DNA of 64,000 nucleotides from Lysobacterales bacterium (GTDB lineage Bacteria; Pseudomonadota; Gammaproteobacteria; Xanthomonadales; SZUA-5). The notes beneath the pieces are model-generated. The model was not told the origin of the DNA and did no database searches. It saw only the letters and a list, made by a program, of their open reading frames with translations. Positions 29,031 to 37,920 of the stretch are shown in pieces; positions within the stretch are counted from its first letter, which is position 1; every line of letters begins with the position of its first letter. The translations under genes and the position numbers were made by a program. Where the stretch lies: positions 64,001 through 128,000 of the forward strand of contig JALHMH010000002.1 of NCBI GenBank assembly GCA_022844165.1. The letters are read 5' to 3'.

Positions 29031-29408
29031 ATGAACATCCAGATGAACATCACCAACCCGATACGCCATGTCCGGTTGCTGATTGCCTTGATCCTGTTGG
29101 CCCTTTTGTCCGCCTGTGCCAGCAACAGTCCCACGCGCCACTTCTTCATGCAGGGACAGGTGCTGTCGGTGCAAGACCAGAATGTGGTCGTGTGCGTCGG
29201 CAAAGCCCACGGCGCCGAAGTGGGCCAGGTGCTGAGTGTTTATCGCAACGAGCAAGCTCACGCTGCGCCGAAAGCGCCGCCAGCAGGCTTCAAGCGGGTA
29301 CCGATGGGCCAGGTGCGGATCGTGGAAGTGTTCGACGAGCACTACGCGCGGGCCGAGGTGGTGTCCGGCGAGATTCACGCCAACGACACTGCGGAACTGG
29401 AGCGATAG
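29031..29408 (+). CDS. Small lipoprotein, paralog 3 of 3
   Basis: GGAG RBS; LSAC lipobox; RHFFMQGQVLS, VVCVG, DEHYA. Confidence 0.8.
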   Translation: MNIQMNITNPIRHVRLLIALILLALLSACASNSPTRHFFMQGQVLSVQDQNVVVCVGKAHGAEVGQVLSVYRNEQAHAAPKAPPAGFKRVPMGQVRIVEVFDEHYARAEVVSGEIHANDTAELER

Positions 29409-29506
29409 GCGGGGCTTCGGCCGCTGCGTCGCTGGCTGGCGACGCGGCGTTCATACCGGCCGGCGCGCGTGCGCCAGCCGGTACCTGCATCCAAAGGAAA
29501 TCAGCC

Positions 29507-29701
29507 ATGAACCGGAACTGGAAAATGGTGGGCTTGTCTGCCGCACTCGTGATTGCGTTCGTGGTCTTGCGCGAACACTGGGGCCATGTGCTGGGCGCGC
29601 TTCCGTACCTAGTGCTGCTGGCTTGCCCGTTGCTGCATCTGTTCCATGGACACGGCGATCACGCGCACCACGACCATTCGACGGATGACCGCAAGCCCTG
29701 A
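29507..29701 (+). CDS. DUF2933 family small membrane protein
   Basis: EHWGHVLGALPYLVLLACPLLHLFHGHG. Confidence 0.88.
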   Translation: MNRNWKMVGLSAALVIAFVVLREHWGHVLGALPYLVLLACPLLHLFHGHGDHAHHDHSTDDRKP

Positions 29702-30158
29702 GCCCGCCTCGCTGGCGGATGCGCTGGGTCGGGCAGTCACGTATGCGGTCGTTACGTTGCCGATGTTTGCCCTTTGGGAACTCGCGCACGCACCGCTGTA
29801 CACGCTATGGATCGACGCCGGTCCCGCGGCAGCCTGGCAAGCTGCTCTGCATTGCACGTTGGGCGATGCAGTGATCGCGTTTGCCTGCGCGCTGGCAGCG
29901 CCGCTTCTCACCCGCGTGTCGCCCTGGATGCGCCATGTCCATCGCACCGACATGGTTGTAGTGACTCTGGGATTGGCAACGACAATCGCGATTGAGTGGA
30001 TCAGCACGCAATGGCTCGGCCGCTGGACTTACCGCGAGTCGATGCCCGTCGATCCAATCCTTGGCATTGGCCTGAGTCCGCTCGCGCAGTGGATCGTGGT
30101 TCCGTTGCTGGCGCTTTGGATCCTGCGACGAAAGGGCGACCCCAGGCGTATCGGCTAG
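29685..30158 (+). CDS. Four-TM hypothetical membrane protein
   Basis: WELAHAPLY, HCTLGD, WTYRESMP, GLSPLAQW. Confidence 0.75.
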   Translation: MTASPEPASLADALGRAVTYAVVTLPMFALWELAHAPLYTLWIDAGPAAAWQAALHCTLGDAVIAFACALAAPLLTRVSPWMRHVHRTDMVVVTLGLATTIAIEWISTQWLGRWTYRESMPVDPILGIGLSPLAQWIVVPLLALWILRRKGDPRRIG

Positions 30159-30821
30159 CTAGGGCCGAGTGCCGCGGTACAGCCCTATTCGGCCGACGGG
30201 AACAGCCAGTGTGTGCAGGGTTGATACGTCAACAAAGCCTGCGTCGTGCATGAACTCGGGCAACCGGCCCTCCGCGTGGTCGCGGGTGTTGGCATAGCCG
30301 TCAAGCAAGCGCACCAGCTGAAATGCGGTTCGGCCCAGCCATGAGTTCGGCCGGCCGAAATCGGCGACCAGCACCCTACCGCCAGGGCGCAGCACGCGCC
30401 AAACCTCGCGGAGACTGCGTCGCTTGTCGTTGGGCTGGAGGTGGTGGAAGAAGAGCGAAGAGAGCGCTACGTCGAACGAGCCATCGGCGAACGGCAGTGC
30501 ATCGGCCCAGGCAGGCGCAAGGTCCAGCGAGATGCCTGCGGCGGTGGCCTTGGCCTGCGCTTGGCGCAGCATGGCTGGGTCGGCATCGACACCGGCGATT
30601 CGCGCGCCGGGCACTCGCGAGGCCAACTGCAGCAGCAGGGTGCCGGTGCCACAGCCCAGGTCCAGAACCCTTTCGCCGGGTGTGACAGCGGCGTGCGTCA
30701 ATAGAGACGCCTTCATCCGGGCTTCGCGCACCGTCAACGCCACCAGACGGTCGTACCATGGCGTGAGGAACGGGAAGCGCAACGCCGGAACGAAGTCCCG
30801 GTGGGGCAAATTGCTACTCAT
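30159..30821 (-). CDS. Class I SAM-dependent methyltransferase (UbiE-like)
   Basis: VLDLGCGTG, ALPFADGSFD, RVLRPGG. Confidence 0.9.
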   Translation of the reverse strand: MSSNLPHRDFVPALRFPFLTPWYDRLVALTVREARMKASLLTHAAVTPGERVLDLGCGTGTLLLQLASRVPGARIAGVDADPAMLRQAQAKATAAGISLDLAPAWADALPFADGSFDVALSSLFFHHLQPNDKRRSLREVWRVLRPGGRVLVADFGRPNSWLGRTAFQLVRLLDGYANTRDHAEGRLPEFMHDAGFVDVSTLHTLAVPVGRIGLYRGTRP

Positions 30822-31017
30822 CGGATGCTGCCGTCAAAGCCAGCGCACCCAGCAGTGCGATCAGCAGCACCGGATGAAGGAGCATGAGGTGCACGAAGTT
30901 GCGTTCAACCAGAAAGCCGTCCACAAACAGGGACACGATCGCCACGAGCATCAGGATCCGCAATGGCTGTCGCCTTCGCTGGGTCCAGCGCAACAAGGTT
31001 GGGAGAGTGTTGGTCAT
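30814..31017 (-). CDS. Small two-TM membrane protein, paralog 2 of 2
   Basis: MTNTLPTLL...DGFLVERNFVHLMLLH; overlaps the methyltransferase start. Confidence 0.7.
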   Translation of the reverse strand: MTNTLPTLLRWTQRRRQPLRILMLVAIVSLFVDGFLVERNFVHLMLLHPVLLIALLGALALTAASDE

Positions 31018-31097
31018 GAAAAGTCCGCCTTCGAAGGTCCGATAGGCCGAGCAGCTTGCCGCGATCGAGCCTGTTTGGCTTGAACAAAGCGGCGGAA

Positions 31098-31850
31098 TCA
31101 AGCCGTTCGCAAGGCAGCCAGAATGGCGCTGGGCGGCACGCCGAAGTGTCTTTGCATGGTTCGGCTCAGATGGGCAGCGTCCGAAAATCCGGCGTCTTGC
31201 GCCGCCCGACTCAAGTCCGCGCCCGCGGCGGCACTCATCAAGGCCCGGCGCAATCGCAGCCAGCGCAAGTAGGGTCGCAGAGGCATCCCCACCAGCGCGC
31301 GAACCCGATGTCTGAAATGACTGGGCGACAGCGAGGCTTCGCTTGCGAATTCCGCCAGTGTGCTGTTCAACTCGCTGCGGGCCGGCAGGCCTTCAAGAAG
31401 ATCTCGGACGCGGTCGGAGCGGCGGCCATCTGGAGCCGGCACCGACTTGGGTAACCCGAGTGCCGCGAGCAGCGGGCCCAGATCTGCGTCGGTCGACAAC
31501 GGCCAGACGCCGAGCGCGGCATCGCGCTGTCGCTCCGTGAGCAGACACAATCCCCGCACGCAGGCCAGCGCCAAAGTCCGTCCCGTATGAGACTCGCGTT
31601 CGACGTACAGCAGCGCCGCGGCACCGGGCCAGACGCGGTGCGGCACGTCCGCGTCGATCAGCACTCCGGGCGCAGTGATGTCGCCTTGACCATGAGCGGA
31701 AACGGTGACCGTTTCGCGGGGAGCGAGGACCAGTTGCAGGGCATGGTGGGTATGTACCCGGTTGTCGCCCATGTCGCCGGAAAACACCGCCCAGCCTGTG
31801 CCCAGCGCAATGCGCCCGGACCAGGCAGGCGATTTCTCGTGGTGCGTCAT
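31098..31850 (-). CDS. AraC family transcriptional regulator
   Basis: HTHHALQL N-terminus; LSPSHFRH, YLRWLRL, AGFSDAAHLSR. Confidence 0.9.
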   Translation of the reverse strand: MTHHEKSPAWSGRIALGTGWAVFSGDMGDNRVHTHHALQLVLAPRETVTVSAHGQGDITAPGVLIDADVPHRVWPGAAALLYVERESHTGRTLALACVRGLCLLTERQRDAALGVWPLSTDADLGPLLAALGLPKSVPAPDGRRSDRVRDLLEGLPARSELNSTLAEFASEASLSPSHFRHRVRALVGMPLRPYLRWLRLRRALMSAAAGADLSRAAQDAGFSDAAHLSRTMQRHFGVPPSAILAALRTA

Positions 31851-31863
31851 TGCTCGTGGCCTT

Positions 31864-34251
31864 TCACTGGCCCTTCCGCAGCCTCAGCGCGTTGGCCACC
31901 ACCGACACCGACGACAGGCTCATCGCCAGTGCCGCGATCATCGGACTCAGCAGCAAGCCGAAGCTCGGGTACAGCAGCCCGGCAGCGATCGGCACGCCGA
32001 GCGCGTTGTAGGCGAAGGCGAAGATCAGGTTTTGCTTCATGTTCGCCACCGTCGCTTGCGAAATCTGCCGCGCGCGCAGGATGCCGCGCAGATCGCCTTT
32101 CACCAGCGTGACCTGCGCGCTCGACATGGCGACATCGGTGCCGGTGCCCATCGCGATGCCGACATCCGCGGCAGCCAGTGCCGGTGCGTCGTTGATACCG
32201 TCGCCGGCCATCGCCACGCGGCGGCCCTCGGCCTTGAGTCGCGCCACCAGCTCGGACTTGTCCTTTGGGCGGACCTCGCCGTACACCTCATCGATTCCCA
32301 GCACCTTCGCCACGGCTTCCGCGGTGGTCTTGCCGTCGCCAGTCGCCATCACGATTCGCAACCCTGCCGCCCGCAATGCGGCAATCGCCTCCGGCGTGCT
32401 GACCTTGATCGGATCGGCCACCGCAACAAGTCCCGCAGCGCGGCCATTGACTGCGAGGAACATAGCGCTGGCGCCTTCGCGGCGCAGGCGTTCGGCGTCT
32501 TCGCGCAAGCGACTGACATCGACGCCGATCTCCTCCATCAACGCGGTGTTGCCCAGCGCCAGGCGCGCCGCGCCGACGAGCCCGCGCACGCCGATGCCGG
32601 TCGCCGACTCGAACTCGGCGGCGGTCTCCAGTGCCAAGCCGCGCCGACGCGCTTCGGCCACGATCGCTTCCGCCAACGGATGCTCGCTGCCCTGATCGAG
32701 GCTCGCCGCGAGGCGCAGCGCTTCATCAGCGTCGAAGCCGTCGGCCGCAACGACCTCGCGAAACGCAGGTTTGCCCTGAGTCAAGGTACCGGTCTTGTCG
32801 ACAATCAGGGTGTCGATGGTGCGCAGTCGTTCGATGGCCTCGGCATCGCGAAACAACACGCCCGCCTGCGCCGCACGCCCGGTCGCGACCATGATCGACA
32901 TCGGCGTGGCCAGCCCCAGGGCACACGGGCACGCGATGATCAGCACGGCCACCGCGTTGACGAAGGCATAGGTCCATGCCGGCTCCGGGCCGAACACGCC
33001 CCAGACGAAGAAGGTTCCGAGCGCGATGCCGAGCACCGCGAGCACAAACCAGAAGCTGACCTTGTCTGCCATCCGTTGCATGGGGGCTCGCGAACGCTGC
33101 GCCTGGGCGACCAGTTGCACGATCTGCGCGAGCACGCTGTCAGAGCCGATCTTGTCGGCGCGGATCACCAGGCTGCCAGTGGCGTTGATGGTGGCGCCGA
33201 TGACCTTGCTGCCCGGAGATTTTTCCACCGGCATCGGTTCGCCCGTCAGCATGGACTCGTCAATGTTCGAGCGGCCCTCAAGGACTTCGCCATCCACCGG
33301 CACCTTCTCGCCGGGGCGCACGCGCAAGCGATCGCCCAGATGCACATGGGTCAGTTCAACTTCTTCTTCGCTGCCGTCCTCGCGCAGCCTGCGCGCGGTC
33401 TTCGGCGCCAGTCCGAGCAGCGCCTTGATCGCCGCCGACGTGGAGGATCGCGCCTTCAGCTCCAACACCTGGCCGAGCAGCGTCAGTGACACGATGATTG
33501 CTGCGGCCTCGAAGTAGACGCCGACCCGGCCGTGCTCGCGGAAGGCCTCCGGGAACATGCCCGGCGCCAGCGTTGCGACCAGGCTGTAGCCGAAGGCCGC
33601 GCCGACGCCGGTGCCGATCAGCGTCCACATGTTCGGGCTGCGGTTGGCGAGCGAGGCGGCCCAACGCACGAAGAAGGGCCAGCCGGCCCACAGTACGACC
33701 GGCGCCGACAACACCAGTTCCAGCCAGGTGCGCGTGTCGGCCGCGAGACCAGGCAGTCGATGCCCGGCCATCGCGAGAAGTAGTGCCAATACCGAGAACG
33801 GCAAGGTCCACCAGAATCGCCGCCGGAAGTCCGCCAGTTCGGGGTTCTCGTCGTCGTCCAGGCTGGGCAGAAGGGGCTCCAGCGCCATGCCGCAGATTGG
33901 GCAGCTGCCCGGCTCGTCGCGCACGATCTGCGGGTGCATCGGGCAGGTATAGCGAGCGCCCGGCTGCGCCGGGACGGCCGCGGGCTGGGCGACGGGACTC
34001 AAATAGCGTGTCGGATCGGCAAGGAACTTGCCCCGGCACTTTTCGGAGCAGAACCGGTACAGGTTTCCGGCGTGCTCGAGTTGGTGAGGGGAGTCGATCG
34101 CCACCGACATCCCGCATACCGGGTCGACATGTGCGTCGGAGTCGTGTGCATCGGCGGCATGATCGTGAACACCTTTGGTGGGGCCATCGTGTGCGTGACC
34201 ATGCGCTGCTTTCGGCGGCGTGTTGCCATGTGAATGGTGATCGTGGTTCAT
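31864..34251 (-). CDS. copA: P1B-1 copper-translocating P-type ATPase with His-rich N-terminus, YHS and CPMH domains
   Basis: [50 protein letters not shown]. Confidence 0.95.
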   Translation of the reverse strand: MNHDHHSHGNTPPKAAHGHAHDGPTKGVHDHAADAHDSDAHVDPVCGMSVAIDSPHQLEHAGNLYRFCSEKCRGKFLADPTRYLSPVAQPAAVPAQPGARYTCPMHPQIVRDEPGSCPICGMALEPLLPSLDDDENPELADFRRRFWWTLPFSVLALLLAMAGHRLPGLAADTRTWLELVLSAPVVLWAGWPFFVRWAASLANRSPNMWTLIGTGVGAAFGYSLVATLAPGMFPEAFREHGRVGVYFEAAAIIVSLTLLGQVLELKARSSTSAAIKALLGLAPKTARRLREDGSEEEVELTHVHLGDRLRVRPGEKVPVDGEVLEGRSNIDESMLTGEPMPVEKSPGSKVIGATINATGSLVIRADKIGSDSVLAQIVQLVAQAQRSRAPMQRMADKVSFWFVLAVLGIALGTFFVWGVFGPEPAWTYAFVNAVAVLIIACPCALGLATPMSIMVATGRAAQAGVLFRDAEAIERLRTIDTLIVDKTGTLTQGKPAFREVVAADGFDADEALRLAASLDQGSEHPLAEAIVAEARRRGLALETAAEFESATGIGVRGLVGAARLALGNTALMEEIGVDVSRLREDAERLRREGASAMFLAVNGRAAGLVAVADPIKVSTPEAIAALRAAGLRIVMATGDGKTTAEAVAKVLGIDEVYGEVRPKDKSELVARLKAEGRRVAMAGDGINDAPALAAADVGIAMGTGTDVAMSSAQVTLVKGDLRGILRARQISQATVANMKQNLIFAFAYNALGVPIAAGLLYPSFGLLLSPMIAALAMSLSSVSVVANALRLRKGQ

Positions 34252-34649
34252 GCGTCTTGCTCCTGGGACAGCGCATTGAGAATCGGGCAGGCCTCGCTGC
34301 GCCCGTGCCCGGGGCAAGCGTCGATCAGCGTCCGCAGGCCACTGCGGATCCGTTCGAGTTCAGTGATGCGCAGCTCGATGTTTCCGAGTTTGCGCTGCGC
34401 CGCAGCGCGCACGCGGGCCACGTCGCGCTCGGCACTGAGCGCCAGCAGCGAACGGATGTCATCGAGCGAGAATCCCAGTACCTTCGCGCGGCGAATGAAG
34501 CGCAGGCGCTTGAGTTCCTCGGCGCCATAGCGGCGATAGCCCGATGCGAGTCGGCCCGCCGGTGCCAGCAGGCCATTGCGCTCGTAGAAGCGCACCGTGT
34601 CGATGGCAACTCCCGCCTGCTTGGCCAACTCGCCGATGCTCAGTGACAT
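34248..34649 (-). CDS. MerR family metal-responsive regulator (CueR/HmrR-like)
   Basis: [10 protein letters not shown]...RFYERNGL; [13 protein letters not shown] loop; ATGA-coupled to the ATPase. Confidence 0.92.
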   Translation of the reverse strand: MSLSIGELAKQAGVAIDTVRFYERNGLLAPAGRLASGYRRYGAEELKRLRFIRRAKVLGFSLDDIRSLLALSAERDVARVRAAAQRKLGNIELRITELERIRSGLRTLIDACPGHGRSEACPILNALSQEQDA

Positions 34650-34672
34650 GTTCGTTCTCCTTGCGGGGTGTG

Positions 34673-34704
34673 AGCTTGCACCCTGGACCTGGGTCCAGAG
34701 TCAA
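34673..34704 (-). promoter_or_regulatory. MerR-family operator/promoter with 20-bp spacer
   Basis: TTGACT-ctggacccaggtccagggtg-CAAGCT; dyad CTGGACC-N2-GGTCCAG. Confidence 0.85.
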
Positions 34705-34749
34705 GCCCCAATCGCGACGGTATTCACCGTCGCGACCGGTTCGCGTCAG

Positions 34750-35289
34750 TCAGCGATCGCCTTCGACACGGCGAAACATCGAGGTGCTGCCGTCCTCCTC
34801 CACCAGCTCGACCGTGTAGGACTGCACGCGGCCGTTCGGCGTCTCCATGCCGGGCGAGCCGAGCGGCATGCCGGGCAGGACCAGGCCGCGCGCCTTGGGC
34901 CGTTCAGTCAACAAGCGACGAACGTCCTCGGCGGGAACGTGACCCTCGATCACATAGCTGTCGATCTCTGCCGTGTGACACGAGCCTTTGCCGTAGGGGA
35001 CGCCAAGTCCTGCCTTGATCGGCGCGAGGTCGTCGGTGTCGCGCACCTCAACGGTAAAACCGGCTTTTCGCATGTGTTCGACCCACAAGCCGCAGCAACC
35101 ACAGCTGGGAGTCTTGTGCACGACCATTGCCGGTGTCGTGTCCGCCATGGCGGTGGGTGTCGCAACCTGCTGCGCGCTTGCGGTCGTGCTCGTGGCGTCC
35201 GGGTCGCGTGCGCAAGCGGCCGACATCATCAGCGCTGCGAGGCTCGCGAGGCCCCACGCGGCGCTTCTTCTACCTGCGCGGCGGCTCAT
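34750..35289 (-). CDS. DUF411 (CopG-like) protein, second copy
   Basis: KTPSCGCC, SCHTA, IEGHVP, PGMPLGSPGME. Confidence 0.9.
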   Translation of the reverse strand: MSRRAGRRSAAWGLASLAALMMSAACARDPDATSTTASAQQVATPTAMADTTPAMVVHKTPSCGCCGLWVEHMRKAGFTVEVRDTDDLAPIKAGLGVPYGKGSCHTAEIDSYVIEGHVPAEDVRRLLTERPKARGLVLPGMPLGSPGMETPNGRVQSYTVELVEEDGSTSMFRRVEGDR

Positions 35290-35804
35290 CGCTGTGCCCT
35301 CGACGACCAGTGCAGATGGACGATCTTCCAGCCTGCTCCGGTCTTGCGCAGGATCGCGGTCTCGGTGGACGAGATCATCAGCATCTTGGCGTCCTTGCTC
35401 GCGTGAATCTCGCTCTCGCTGCCGACCCAGACGAGGTCGCCGGATGCCTGAGCCGTCCTGCGCTTCAGCGTGATGTGGGCGGTCTTGAGGAACTCGGCGT
35501 CGTGTTTGGCGTGTCCGCCGAGGTACTCATCACGGGTACGCTCGGCGCCGCCGCTTTCAAGGATCAGCACGGCCGGATCGAGATCCGCGGCAACGCCGTC
35601 GAGATCGCCTGCGCTCAAGGCGGCCGAGAAGCGTTCCAGCACCGCAACGGCGTCGGCGGCTTCGGGCGAAATGCTGAGAGTGGCGCCCGCCGTTTCGCGA
35701 CCGGCGGCTACTTGCGTTGAGCCGTGCTTTTCATTGCCGTGGGCCCAGCCGATCGGCGCGGCAAGCGCGAGTGCCAAGGCGAGGGAAGTCATTCGGATGA
35801 TCAT
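35286..35804 (-). CDS. Exported NTF2/DUF4440-like protein
   Basis: Signal peptide AHG, ILESGG, WKIVHLHWSSR. Confidence 0.85.
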   Translation of the reverse strand: MIIRMTSLALALALAAPIGWAHGNEKHGSTQVAAGRETAGATLSISPEAADAVAVLERFSAALSAGDLDGVAADLDPAVLILESGGAERTRDEYLGGHAKHDAEFLKTAHITLKRRTAQASGDLVWVGSESEIHASKDAKMLMISSTETAILRKTGAGWKIVHLHWSSRAQR

Positions 35805-35852
35805 CGGTTTCTCCAGTTCGAAATGAGGCGCGGGGCCTCGTGGGTGGCTGAT

Positions 35853-36512
35853 TCAGTGTTGATGGTCGTTGTCGGTGTGGTCGTCGCCCTCGGGCGCTGC
35901 CATCGGATCTTCGACGGGCTCAAAGGACGAACGCTCCGGGTTCGCGTCTTCGTGTGCAGCATGCGGATCGCCACCGCCGACATCGGTTTCGCCGCCGCCG
36001 TGGCTGTGGCCATCGCTGGCCGCAACTCGTTCCTGGTACTGCGCGGCGGTCATGCCCGGAAACTGCTGCATGAAGGCGACCATGCCCCACAGGTAGCGAT
36101 CGTCCATGCTCTTGCCCCAGGCCGGCATGCCCGACGCCTTGATGCCGTGCTTGAGCACCCAGAAGGCCTCGCGGGGATCGGTCTGGCCGAGGGCATCCCA
36201 GCGCGGCGGACGCGGGTACAGGCCAACGCTCAGTTCGGTTTCCTGCGCGTCGGGGCTGAGATGGCAGGTCACGCACATGGCGTTGTAGTTACCTGCCCCG
36301 TTGCGGATCAGTTCGGCGTCGGACAGGTCGGGCACGTGAATGTCCGCCGCCCGGACTGCGATCGAGCGCTTGCGCGCCACCTCGAGCGCGCGATGGGTCG
36401 CAGACCAGTGCGGGTCGTCGGCACCGACGTTGTAGATGCCGCTCCAGATGACGGCGGCGGCGATCGCCATGCCGACCAGTACTAAAACAACGAGGGTCTT
36501 GAACAGTTTCAT
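35853..36512 (-). CDS. c-type cytochrome with His-rich tail
   Basis: YNVGADDPH, CVTCH, HGIKASGMPAW. Confidence 0.9.
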   Translation of the reverse strand: MKLFKTLVVLVLVGMAIAAAVIWSGIYNVGADDPHWSATHRALEVARKRSIAVRAADIHVPDLSDAELIRNGAGNYNAMCVTCHLSPDAQETELSVGLYPRPPRWDALGQTDPREAFWVLKHGIKASGMPAWGKSMDDRYLWGMVAFMQQFPGMTAAQYQERVAASDGHSHGGGETDVGGGDPHAAHEDANPERSSFEPVEDPMAAPEGDDHTDNDHQH

Positions 36513-36522
36513 AAGGTGCTCT

Positions 36523-37920
36523 CTATCCCATCTTCATTTTGGAGTGATCGACTGGCTTGGCTTCGAGCGTGGGCGACGGGCCAGGCGGCGGGCCGCGTCT
36601 CGCGGGCTTTCCGAAATCGGGATCGGCGCTGATGCGATGCGCGACCGTGCCCTTGGGGTTGGGGTACCAGCCCGGATCGCGGAAGTCGCCGGCGGCGAGG
36701 TCATCGCGCACCTTGACCACGGTGAACATCCCGCCCATTTCGAGATTTCCGAACGGGCCCTTGCCCATCATCATCGGCAGGGTGTTCTCGGGGCCGGTCA
36801 TGTGGCCGGAGTCGGTGTGCTCCTGGTGCTCGGCCATGCCGCCTTGCCCCATCGCCATGTAGCCCGGCAGCAGTTTGCGGATCTCCGCCTCCACGCCAGA
36901 TTGATCGACGCCGAGCGTGTTCGGAATCTCGTGGCCCATGGCGTTCATCGTGTGGTGCGACATGTGGCAGTGGAAGGCCCAGTCGCCGGGCACCGCGACG
37001 AACTCCAGATCGCGCGTCTGGCCGACGCCGACGATCTCGGTCGTCTCCGGTCGCCACAGGCCTTTGGGCCAGCGGCCGCCGTCCGATCCGGTGACGTGGA
37101 ATTGCACACCATGCATGTGAATGGGATGGTTCCACATCGACAGATTGCCGATGCGCACGCGCACGCGTTCGCCGGTCCGCGCGACCAAGGGCTCGATCGC
37201 GGGGAAGACCTTGCTGTTCATCGTCCACAGATCGAAGTCCTGCATCACCGACGGATCGGGTCGATAAGTGCCGGGATGCAGCGCCCAGTTATGCAGCAAG
37301 ATCACGTAGTCGCGAGCGATGGGCTCAGGCTCGCCGTCCCTGGGGTGGATGATGAACATGCCCATCATGCCGACCGCCATCTGCACCATCTCGTCGGCAT
37401 GCGGGTGGTACATGTGGGTGCCGTGCTGGCGCAACGTGAACTCGTAGACGTAGGTCTCGCCGGGCTGGATCTGCGGCTGGCTCAGCCCGCCGACGCCGTC
37501 CATGCCCGACGGTAGCAGCAGGCCATGCCAATGCACGCTGGTGTGCTCGGGCAGGCGGTTGGTCACATAGATGCGCACCCGGTCGCCCTCGACCGCCTCG
37601 ATGGTCGGGCCCGGCGTGGTGCCGTTGTAACCCCAGCACTTGGCGCGGCAACCGGGCGCGAACTCGTGCTCGATCTCTTCGGCCACGAGGTGGAACTCCT
37701 TGACTCCATCGACGATGCGGTGCGGCAGAGTCCAGCCATTCAAGGTGCGTACCGGGCGATAGCCGTCGGCGGCGGGAGCAGGCAAAGGTGCAGGCGCGGC
37801 GGCTGCGGCGACGGAGTGGCCCTGGTGGTCCTGCGCGGCGGCGCGCTGCGCCCACAGCCCGAATGGGGCCAGCGCTCCCAGTCCCGCGAGGCGAAACCAT
37901 TGGCGGCGAAAAGGGTTCAT
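36523..37920 (-). CDS. Tat-exported two-domain-type multicopper oxidase
   Basis: RRQWF twin-Arg; HWHG, MYHPH, HPIHMHG, HCHMSHHTM. Confidence 0.92.
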   Translation of the reverse strand: MNPFRRQWFRLAGLGALAPFGLWAQRAAAQDHQGHSVAAAAAPAPLPAPAADGYRPVRTLNGWTLPHRIVDGVKEFHLVAEEIEHEFAPGCRAKCWGYNGTTPGPTIEAVEGDRVRIYVTNRLPEHTSVHWHGLLLPSGMDGVGGLSQPQIQPGETYVYEFTLRQHGTHMYHPHADEMVQMAVGMMGMFIIHPRDGEPEPIARDYVILLHNWALHPGTYRPDPSVMQDFDLWTMNSKVFPAIEPLVARTGERVRVRIGNLSMWNHPIHMHGVQFHVTGSDGGRWPKGLWRPETTEIVGVGQTRDLEFVAVPGDWAFHCHMSHHTMNAMGHEIPNTLGVDQSGVEAEIRKLLPGYMAMGQGGMAEHQEHTDSGHMTGPENTLPMMMGKGPFGNLEMGGMFTVVKVRDDLAAGDFRDPGWYPNPKGTVAHRISADPDFGKPARRGPPPGPSPTLEAKPVDHSKMKMG

